Shown here: positions 53,993 through 64,000 of the stretch, one piece after another | Layout: each line of letters starts with the position of its first letter | Position numbering within the stretch: the first letter of the stretch is position 1 | NCBI RefSeq assembly: GCF_963921235.1 | Contig: NC_086108.1 | Location: forward strand, 51,028,001-51,092,000 | DNA: 64,000 nucleotides | Direction: 5' to 3' | Source: Mobula hypostoma | Lineage: Eukaryota | Program-made: the position numbers and the translations under genes | The notes under the pieces: generated by a model | Database searches by the model: none | What the model saw: the letters and a program-made list of their open reading frames with translations, nothing else | Told to the model about the DNA's origin: nothing

Positions 53993-55794
53993 TGTAGTAT
54001 CAAGTGTCCTTAATTTGCCAAAAAAAAAGGCACATCACCATTAATAATATTTTGCACATTTCATTAATTGCATAATTTCATACAATTTTAAAAATCTGTT
54101 GAATTAATTATCTGGCTTTGAATTTCATGTCTAATAAGCACTTTACATACCTGTTTTTAAGCTGCATTAGAGCTACAAAAATGCCTTGTTTCTGGAAAAG
54201 CATAATTATGCTGTATTGAGATTGAGGGCTTCCATGTTAAGGTACTTCAAAAGTGGAGGAAGCATACAAAAGCGAAATAGCAAGAGCTCAGGGCCAATAT
54301 GTTCCCACAAGGGAAAAAGCCAGAAGTGCCAAGTTCAAGGAACACAGGACGTCGAAGGTAATTGAGGATACACAGGGGTCCATAGGTGCTACAATCTGGC
54401 GAAACATACAAGCTACCAGAGAAGAACTCAGTGGATATGGAGGAAAATGGATAGTCAACAATTCGAGTCAAAATCCTTCATCTAGACTAAATAAAAAAGG
54501 GAAGGTGGCCAGTATAGAAAGGTGGTAGGAAGGGATGAAGCAAGAGCTGGAATATGACAGGTGGATCTAAGGGGTGGGGGGGGGTGGGAGGGGAAGATTG
54601 ACATGCTGATGTGGGAATCGAGAGTGCGAATAATATCAGGTTGGGAGAAGATAACTGGCAGTGACAAGTAACAAAGGGTTGAAGATGATGTAAACTAAAT
54701 AGGAGAGGAAGGTGCAGCGTAGAGGGGATGGGGAGGGCAGGGTGAGTAGAAGGGGAGGGGAACCAGTGGGAGGAGTGTGTGGATGAAAGGTAAATGGAAG
54801 GGAGCTGGATAATTCAATGGCCATACTGGCAGGTCCAGGCAGAACATGTCTTGTTATTGCTAATCCAGTACCATTATGTAATTGAAGGCAACTGAAGGTC
54901 AGATTAGATGACAAAGGTAAACATATAATGGGTATAAGGAACTAAAGATGATATTGCTGGGGCTTTAATTGGGATATTTAGATTCTTGCTAACTACATGG
55001 AAGGTTTCTGCTGACTGGAGGACAACAAATGTGATAACCTTTTCAAGGGAAGCAAGAGAAGTCTGATAATTTTAGACCAATGAGCCTAACATCAGCTGCA
55101 GGGAAATTATTGCAGAAAATGCTGAGAGACTAGATTAATGATCATGTGGAACTGAAGGATTTCCTCAGAGACAGCCTGTGTAGATTTGTCAATGTCAGAT
55201 CCTGTCTGACCAGTTGGATTGAAATTCTGACGAGTTAATAGAGTAGAGGGTAGAGCAGTACAAGTGGTTTAAATGGATTTCAGTAAGACATTTGATCAGG
55301 CTAAGGTAGATATTCTTCCACCAAGTGCATTGGTGAAGCAGATTGAGCTTCTTTTTATTAATAATCAATGGTCAGTCTAACAGTACAAACTTCTCTTTCT
55401 AAGTTTACTTAATTACTGAAAATTTTAATTTCCAGCTGCTACAATAAGATTAAATTTTGCAGGATGAATGATGATCCAGGTGTCTGGAAATGTGTCCAGA
55501 AATTTAGCAATTAATCAGTAACCCAATTTCAATGTTTCTATACTAATTAAGGCTACTTTAAAACAGGAAAAAAACAAAATATCCATTTTAATGGAAAAGA
55601 GTAAAGAAACTATTTCAAGTTATGATTAAATCTACATCATCCAATCACATAATTTTGCACAGGTAGTGCTTAATTCTGATTCAAGACACATAACACCAGT
55701 CTTATGCAAATTAACTAATTAACCTTTGCCTTACAGACTCCTTTAAAAATCATATTAGAAGCATTTGGTTAAAATGTTATGCCAATGCTTTTTC

Positions 55795-56140
55795 ATCATT
55801 CACACTGCATGGAAACGGGCCTTTCAACACACCAAGTCCATGCTGGCTATTAAATAACCACTTATATTAATTCCTTTTTATTCTCTTTATCTTCCCATCA
55901 ATTCCCCCCAGATTCAACCAATCACATACACATTAATTGCTATTTACGGTGTCCATGACAAACATTTCTGGATGTGAAAGGAGCTGGAGCAACCAGGAAA
56001 ACCATGTGCTCACAAGGTGAATGTACAAATTCCACACAGATAGCACCATTCCAAACTCAGTTAATGATCCTGCAAGGTAATGAAGATTTCCGAGTGCTGA
56101 ACTTGCCAGCTGGATGTGAACCATATTGGATCACTTGTGA
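55795..56140 (-). mobile_element. Old SINE (V-SINE/HE1-like)
   Basis: Segment ctggatgtgaaaggagctggagcaaccaggaaaaccatg...tacaaattccacacaga resembles the antisense V-domain. Confidence 0.5.
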
Positions 56141-56319
56141 GAATATAGCAAGTGTGCATGTAGCCAATTGACAGTGTGGTAAATCAATAGCACCTCCTAA
56201 GTGCGAAAGGAGCTTTCTTATTGCACAGGCTTTCGAATGCACATCTTCCACCTCTGCGAGGTCATCCAATATCCCACACTGTAGGTTGCCCAGCATGTAG
56301 CATTACTAACATGACTCAA

Positions 56320-56682
56320 TCATTATCATGTGCCATGTTGTATGACATGGGTAATCATGGTTTGTTTTTAGTAAATTTTTCTATAGAAGTGGTTTGCCAT
56401 TGCCTTTTTCTGGGCAGAGCCTTTACAAGCCAGGTAACCTCAGCCACCAACAATTCTCTTCAGAGGCCGTCTGCCTGGCGTCAGCGATTGGATAACCAGG
56501 ATTTGTGATATGCACAGGCTGCTCATACGACTATCCACCCCCACTCTCATAGCTTCAAGTGACACTGATTGAAGGGAGCTAAGCAGGTGCCACAACTTAC
56601 CTAAGGGCGACCTGCAGTCTAGCGGAGGAAAGGAGCATCTTACACTCACTTGGTAGAGATACATTTTCACCCCGCCACCCTA
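56320..56682 (-). mobile_element. SINE-like element, probably RTE-dependent
   Basis: Discrete GC-richer block; minus-strand 5' end gggtggcggggtg and a 3' end resembling an RTE tail. Confidence 0.45.
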
Positions 56683-56749
56683 TGACTCAGTAAAAATGTT
56701 TCATAACACTACTCCATTAGTATTGCTAAAATAGGCTTCCAGTGGATAC

Positions 56750-58752
56750 AATGTCACTGGCTCTGCACGGACTTTAAATCACTTGGACAATAGTTATATC
56801 TTAATTAGGCAACTGTTTACTGATTACAACTCAGCATTCAACACAGTTATACCCCCAGTTCTAATTAACAAACTCCAAAACCTGGGTCTCTGTACTTCCA
56901 TCTACAACTGGATCTTTGGTTTCCTCACTGGGAGGCCACAGTCTGTGTGGATCGGAAATAACACCTCCTCCTCGCTGGTGCATCTCAAGAGTTCATGCTT
57001 AGCCCTCTACTCTACCCTTGCTATACCCACAACTAAATGGCATCTATAAGTTTGCCAACGACACAACTACAGTCGGTGGAATTTCAGATGGTGGTGAGGA
57101 GGCATGGCGGAGCAAGACAGATCAGCTGGTTGAGTGGTGTCACAACAACAACTTTGCACACAACATCAATCAAATCAAATCAAATCAAAAACCGTTATTG
57201 TCATTCTAACCATATATCAGCTCTGCAGAGCAGAATGAGACAGCGTTTCTCAGGAGCAGTGCAATCGTAACATAACAAACGCAACACTAAATAATAAACA
57301 TAACAATAAATAGTAAAATGCAACAGTCACATGTCAGTTAAAATCAAGTTGTAAGTGTCCAGTGCAAGTTAAAAGTGTCCAAAGCAGAGTCAGGTAGAGC
57401 AGCTATTTAGCAGTCTGACTGCCTGTGGGAGGAAGCTGTTTAGTAGCCTTGTGGTTTTAGTTCTGATGCTCCTGTAATGTTTGCCTGATGGCAGAAGAAC
57501 AAACAGTTCATGGAGAGGGTGTGAGGGGTCTTTAATGATGTACCGTGTCTTCTGGAGGCATCGACTCTGAAAGGGGTCTTGGACAGAAGGTAGGGAGACC
57601 CCAATAACCTTCTCTGCTCCCCTAACCACCCTCTGCAAGGCTTTTCTGTCGACAGCACTGCAGCTGGAGTACCCGGTTGTGATGCAAAAGGTCAGTACAC
57701 TCTCAACCACGCCTCTGTAGAATGTAGTTAAGATGTTAGTGGGAAGTGATGCTTGTTTAAGCTTCCTCAGAAAGTGCAATCTCTGCTGGGCCCGTTTCAC
57801 AATCCCAGTGGTGTTCCTGGACCAGGTGAGATTGTCCGAGATCTGCACCCCAAGGAACTTGATGTTTTCCACTCTCTTCACTGGAGCCGCTGATGCTGAG
57901 GGGTGTGTGCTCAGGCTGAGACCGTCTGAAATCGACGATCATCTCCTTGGTTTTGGTGACATTAAGCATCAAGTTGTTATCCCTGCACCAGCTCTCTAGG
58001 TGTTTGACCTCCTCCCTGTACATTGTTTCATCATTTTTGCTGTTGATCCTGTGCTTCAGGAAGGGTAAGCCAAGGAAACACACACCAAGGGAACAGTCCC
58101 CATCAAGTGATCAGCAGTGGAAAGGGTGAACAGTTTCAAATTCCTGAGTATCAACCTCTAAAGATCTGTCCTGGGCCCAATATATTGATGCAATTACAAA
58201 GAAGGCATGACAGTGGCTATATATCATTAGGAGTTTGTGGAGACTTGGTATGTTACCAATGACCCTCGCAAATTTCTCTAGATATACCATGGAAAGCATT
58301 TTAACTGCTTGCATCACTGTCTGGTATAGAAGGGCCACTGCACAGGATTGGAAAAAGCTGCAGAAAGTTGTAAGCTCAGCCACCTCCATCATGGGCATTA
58401 GCCTCCCCAGCACGAAGGGCATCTTCAAAGGGCAATACCTCAAAAAGGTGGCATCCATCATTAAGAACTCCCATCATCCAGGGTATGCCCTCTTCTTATT
58501 GCTACCATCAAAGTGGTGGCACAGGAGCCTGAATACATACATTCAACATTTCAGGAATAACTTCTTCCCTTTCGCCATCAGATTTCTGAATGGTCAATGA
58601 ATCCAGGAACACTACCTCACTATTTTTCCCATGACATTTAAAATATATATAAATTATAATTTATAGTTTTTTATTCTGTATTGTAATGTACTACTGCCAC
58701 TAAAAAAACAAATTTTATGACATATGCCAGAGATATTAAACCTGATTCTGAT
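56750..58752 (+). mobile_element. Rex1/Babar-type LINE with a younger antisense copy nested at ~57166-58045
   Basis: Plus strand: [14 protein letters not shown]. Minus ORF 57390-57881 (AQQRLHFLRKLK) with a (gattt)n tail. Confidence 0.85.
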
Positions 58753-58869
58753 TCCATTGTCGTTCTTGTTCTATGCATATGTAACAGGAAAACAATTACT
58801 GTTATTACAAAAATGTTGTTCAACCTACAGCCATTTGTTCTGACTTAAAATGCCTTGTGGTTCATTGGG

Positions 58870-58985
58870 CGGGATTTTTGCTGTTCCCGTAGCATTTGAC
58901 TGTTACTTTATGAGGCCGAGTTTCTAGTTCGGATTCGAACTCCCTCAAAGTCCAGTGCTGATGCCACTATACCACCAAATGGCTA
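58870..58985 (-). mobile_element. tRNA-derived SINE fragment
   Basis: Minus-strand A box tggtatagtgg and B box gagttcgaatcc. Confidence 0.55.
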
Positions 58986-59459
58986 TGATCTGATAGTATT
59001 TTTCCTTAACTGTTTTCCACAGAGCCTTGTCTGAGTTGGTAGCCCAAGTTATCTCAGAGTATTTAATAAATGTAGAAATAATCATCCGGGGATGAAGGAC
59101 TTTGATATAAAAAAAACTCAAGACTTTGGTAAGATTACTTTCCCTTGAGATTTCTCTCCATTTTTAATGTGAAGTTATCCCATAAAATTGGCAAACTCCA
59201 AAGATTGCGCTGATTTTCGAATTTCCTTAGCTTTCCAGTTGCCCAGTGTCAATAAGCACATGCTTTCCAGCAAGGGTTACGATGAAACATTGCATCAGGA
59301 ATTCTTGCTGAATTGTGCAGGTAGAATAATTGTACCAACATACTGCTCCTGTTAATCACCAGTACTGCCACTTCTACTTCAAAAAGACCAGTTAACTCAG
59401 CCCCAGCAGCATTCCTTTAAATATATTTTACTAATAAACCCAGAAACTTTAAAAGGTTA

Positions 59460-60133
59460 TTCTCATGTGGATAGGGTGGCGAAGAAAGCTTTCAGTATGC
59501 TGGCCTTTATATATCACAGCATTGAGTATAGGAGTTGGGATGTAATGCTGAAATTGTAGAAGACATTGGTAGGGCCAAATTTGGAGTATTGTGTACGGTT
59601 CTGGTCACCAAATTATAGGAAAGATGTCAACAAAATTGAGAGAGTACAGAGGAGATTTACTGGAATGTTACCTGGGTTTCATCTCCTAAGTTACAGAGAA
59701 AGGTTGAATCAGTCGGGTCTTTATTCTTTGGAGTGTAGAAGGTTGAGGGGGGACTTGATAGAGGTATTTAAAATTATGAGGGGATAGATAGAGTAATGTG
59801 GATAGGCTTTTTTCCATTGAGGATAGGGGAGATTCAAACAAGAGGACATGAGTTGAGAGTTAAAGGGCAAAAGTTTAGGGGTATCATGAGGGGGAACTTC
59901 TTTACTCAGAGAGTGGTAGCTGTGTGGAACAGGCTTCCAGCAGAAGTGGTTGAAGCAGGTTTGATGTTGTCATTTAAAGTTAAATTGGATAGCTATATGG
60001 ACAGGAAAGGAATGGAGGGTTATGGGCTGAGTGCAGGTTGGTGGGACTAGGTGAGAGTAAGAGTTCGGCACGGACTAGAAGGGCTGAGATGGCCTGTTTC
60101 CGTGCTGTAATTGTTATATGGTTATTTGGTTAT
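59460..60133 (+). mobile_element. CR1 3' fragment, same subfamily as 47732-48790
   Basis: PNLEYCVRFWSPNYRKD; ttatatggttatttgg tail. Confidence 0.88.
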
Positions 60134-60537
60134 TCATTTTAGAATCAAAAAATCATGTTACATAACATTTTTTGGACATATTACTGTTGCTGCTGTTCAG
60201 CTGGCTGTTATTTTCTGAACCTTGCAATTAAACAGAATATAAAAAATAGCAGAGATAAGCTATTCCATTCCTTGTGCCTGCTCACTATTCGATTGAAACA
60301 CCGCACATCTTTCACATCAGCATTATTTATCTTTCAATTTACTTTGTCTCAAAAAATCATGTCTGTCTTGAACTGGTTTAGTTTTGATAAGGTATACATA
60401 CATTTCCAAAAATCAAAGCATATTTAACTATTAATATTGCATGAGTGAGTACAAAGAGCTATTTAATTAATTAACCATCAGCATTTTAATGCATATTTCT
60501 TATTTCTCCAATTCCACAAAAGATTTACTGTCTACAG

Positions 60538-60703
60538 CAGGGCTGGCCAACCTTTTACATTCCATGCATCAATTTTTTCACCCATGAGTTCAGATGCGCC
60601 ATACAACTCTTGTACCCCCATTCAATTCTTGTAAAAATATGCTAATATAGAACTCGTGCATGAAAAAATTGATGCATGGAATGTAAAAGGTTGGCCACCC
60701 CTG
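60538..60703. mobile_element. hAT MITE (166 bp)
   Basis: ~43-bp TIRs; 8-bp TSD gtctacag at 60530-60537 and 60704-60711. Confidence 0.9.
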
Positions 60704-61297
60704 GTCTACAGCTTAGAACTGAATAAAATTATCAAGGTCAAGTACATCAGTTACATATAATTCTTTAAAATCCCACTACAGTATGCTCTCATAACAAATC
60801 TAATGTATTACCCAAGGCCTGACTATTACACTTGAAATAACATTTTTACATAGATTTAACAAATACCAGTTTTAGGTCATTTACAGAAATAGCAGTCCAA
60901 TAACTAATTTTATGTATTTTTTTCCCTTTAATCTGCATATTTGGTGAAAGTTAACTAAAGATTTCAACCAAGAAATTTCCCTTTAAATTATGTATAATCC
61001 AATTATATAGTTCTAAAGCTAGCTGCTAGAAGCTCCATCTAGCAAACATTGAGAGGAACCAAAAAGAACTGATCTAATTATTTTTTTTCCAAGAAAAGTT
61101 GGCATTATTATTAACAAGTTATTTATTAAACAAAACTTGCTTTTCATCATGCTTGAAATAATGCATTATGGTCTCAATGCGATCATATACTGCATACAAA
61201 TAAAAATTCACCATGCAAATTAGCAATGAAAAATTTAAAAAAGTTAAATCCTGGAAATCTGAATTAAATGCCAAAATAAAAAGTTAAAGTTATGATG

Positions 61298-62010
61298 ACA
61301 AACAAAAGAAAACCTGCAGATGCTGGAAATCCGAGCAATACACACAAAATGCTGGAGGAACTCAGTGAAGCAGGCAGCATCTATGGAAAAAAGTAGTTGA
61401 CATTTCGGGCCGAAACACTTTGGCAGGACTGGGGGAAAAAAAAGCTGAGGAGTTAAAAGGTGGGGTAAAGAAAGAGAGAACCACCAGGTGATAGGTGAAA
61501 CCTGGAGGGGGAAGGATGGACGTCAACAGCTGGGAAGTTGATTGGTGAAAGAGACAGAAGGCCATAGAAGAAAGAAAAAGGGGGAAGGAGCACCAGAGGT
61601 GGGCAAGGAAATGAGGTGGGGAGGGGGGTGGATTGGGGGCATTACCGGAAGTTAGAGAAATCTCTGTTCATGCCATCAAGTTGGAGGCTACCCAAACAGA
61701 ATATAAGGTGCTGTTCCTCCAACCTAAGTGTGGCCCCATCACGACATGGATGGGCATATCAAAATGGGAATGGGAAGTGGAATTAAAATTGGTGGCCACT
61801 GCGAGATCCCACTTGTTCTAGTGGACGGAACACAGTTGTTTGGAGAAGCGGTCTCCCAATTTATGTCGGGTCTCAACCAATTTACAAGAGGTTACACCGG
61901 GAGAACTAAACACAGTAATTTAACCCAACAGACTCACAGGTAAAATGTCACTTCACTTGGAAAGACTGTTTAGGGCCCTGGATGGTAGTGAGGGAGGTGG
62001 TGTAGGGGCA
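61298..62010 (-). mobile_element. Penelope-like 3' fragment
   Basis: Same family on the minus strand, with GIY-YIG remnant and tail. Confidence 0.75.
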
Positions 62011-62306
62011 TGAAACCATGGTATTAAAAATAATCTATCTGAACAATTTAATGCTTTAAAGAGATCATTATTTGGCAGTAGCCACAGGTAGCTATCTCAG
62101 TTAACCTGATCATACCAGCAGACAGATTAACAACAAGGGTTTAGCAATTTTTTCTATTTAGTTTAATTGAGAATGAAGTGATTTTCTGACTGAAGAAAAA
62201 TGTGAAATCGGCCACAGATGTATCTTGGGGGGAAATCAGAAAACGTCTTTCGTTTGCAAAAAATGTTCCTTACACGATAAATTTCACACATAACATCCAA
62301 TCATAC

Positions 62307-62403
62307 CTGCCATAAGGATGCTGTCCAACAAGGTCACCATTTTGAAACTGGTATTCACCCAAGAAATCTGGACTAATGGTTCCATCAGGTGGTAGAAGTC
62401 CAT
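62307..62403 (-). CDS. kifap3: Kinesin-associated protein 3, penultimate coding exon (97 nt, phase 1 to phase 2)
   Basis: Acceptor tttacag and donor GGCAG|gtatga. Translates (D)GLLPPDGTISPDFLGEYQFQNGDLVGQHPYG(S), matching the recalled human KIFAP3 stretch [34 protein letters not shown]. Splices in frame to the exon at 10374. Confidence 0.93.
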
Positions 62404-63044
62404 CTGTAAATAGAGTTAACAACAACATAGCACCATTCAGTTGATTTTATTTTATACTTTCACCAGTTGATAATCACGCAGAGATAGCTAGCTACCGAAT
62501 TATCTTTGCTGATATGATAAATACTAGCTCAGCAGATAATTGAAGTGGCACAGTTTCTTGCAGATAATAACAAATAGAGAAGAAAGCTGGCAATAGACAT
62601 GGCTGCCTTACTTTGTGCTCAGAGTTGTTGTTTTGTTGTCTTTTTTATGGGGTTTTTGGTAGCCCCTCATATGTTCCTCATTCTTATGAATCAGTACAGA
62701 CTTTTGCAGACTATTAACTGGGAATGGCAATGGAATTGTGTGCAACACACCATCAGGAAGCAAACAAACTGCTTTGTACTTGCCCAGTTTTACAGAGATA
62801 AACCATTGTCAGAGAGATACCCTGCTGTCTGACAGTCATTTACCTCTGTGATATTGGCTTTTACATGGGTGACTGGAGGAAAGTTTAGGGGAAATGTCAA
62901 AAGTAGTTTTTTTTTTTAACTCATGGAGAGTGGTGGGTGCCTGGAACAAAGTACTGGGGATGGTGACAATAGACATATTTACAAGGCTCTTACATAGGCA
63001 CGTGGATGTAGGAAAATGGATGGTGATAGCCTGTGTAGGGTTAG

Positions 63045-64000
63045 ATTTAGGATTTTAATCTGTGGACCAGTCCGATCATTTTCCACAACTATTTTAAAAT
63101 TAATAGTATTATCTTCACTAGTCCTACAATCAAGTGCTTCCCCCTCACTAATAGGAGCATCTTGATATAGTTGGAGAAAACTTTACTGGAACCATTTAGC
63201 AAATTCCATCTCATCCAAGCCCTTGCACAATGACAGTTCCAGTCAATATCAGGGAAGTTGAAACTACCTACTATTATAACCCTATAATCACTGGCATCTG
63301 CAACGTCTCTACATATTTATTCCTCGAATTTCCATTGACGATCGGGTAAAGTATAATAAAATCCGATCAAAGTGATCATCTCCTTCTTATTTTTAAGTTC
63401 CATCCCTATAGTCTCACAGGTAATCCCCCAAGAATATCTCTTCTAAGGATCATCATGATCATCACCCTAATAAAAATGCAAGTACCCACCCCCTTACCTC
63501 CACCTTTATGATGTTTAAGGCGTCTAAATCCAGGAACACTGAGCTGCCAGTCTTGCCCCTTCCTCAACCATGTTTCTCTTGTGGCTGTAATATCCCAGTC
63601 CCAAGTACCAATCCATCACTTGAGTTCCTCTGCCTTACCTGTCACTTAATATATTAATTCCCAGTCTTCTCCTTGTCTATTGAACTCGATTGATTTAACA
63701 TTTAAATTTGTCTCTGTGTGCCCAACTGCCACATCCCTGCTTTGGATTAGAAATCACTGCTAGGCTGGTTTCTAATGAGTTCTCCTGCAGATTCCTCTTA
63801 TAAAGCCTTCAATTCAGAAGAGGCCCCAATAGTCCAAGAACCCAAACCTTCCCTCCTGCAGCAGCTCCACAGCCATGCATTCATCTGCCCTACCCACGCA
63901 TTCCTACCCTTACTAACATGTGACACAAGAGTCATCCAGAGATTACAGACCTTGAGGTCATGCTTTATTTTTCTGTATAACTTCCTATATTCAGCCTGCA
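63045..64000 (-). mobile_element. Old CR1 5' region (endonuclease/ORF1 remnants)
   Basis: Decayed endonuclease-domain codons; similar to 29900-30960. Confidence 0.55.

Noticed and set aside
59231..59320. Plus-strand AG...GT-bounded segment as an antisense exon
   Set aside because: Isolated, weak donor, no partner exons and no recognisable peptide.
60208..60220. Possible alternative kifap3 terminal exon (AAG acceptor, giving ...GRFRK*)
   Set aside because: Weak AAG acceptor, short pyrimidine tract and only four codons; indistinguishable from chance.
62307..62403. Second open frame MDFYHLMEPLVQ... in the kifap3 exon
   Set aside because: The other frame matches KIFAP3 and splices in phase; a 32-codon open shadow frame is unremarkable.

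Overview
Eukaryotic, repeat-dense vertebrate DNA. The repeat landscape (CR1, Rex1/Babar, Penelope, Tc1, Tigger, hAT) suggests a cartilaginous fish such as a ray; this is an inference. The window holds the 3' end of kifap3 on the minus strand: penultimate exon 62307-62403, a ~52 kb last intron, terminal exon 10266-10374, and a candidate alternative terminal exon at 8870-8927. A CpG-rich promoter and first exon of the next minus-strand gene lies near 4 kb (scyl3 by human synteny, unconfirmed). The most striking feature is 50752-52946: one insertion flanked by a perfect 14-bp TSD, made of a 5'-truncated L1 plus a 3'-transduced, fold-back Sleeping-Beauty-like Tc1. Its two inverted arms both carry dense A-to-G changes on the same strand, confined to the part that can base-pair. 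This looks like an ADAR hyper-edited RNA hairpin reverse-transcribed into the genome. Also present: a palindromic Tc1 in two copies sharing one junction, Penelope-derived hairpins with hammerhead ribozyme cores, and a young CR1 with an intact ORF2. All alignments and counts were done by hand; family and gene assignments come from recall, not database searches.
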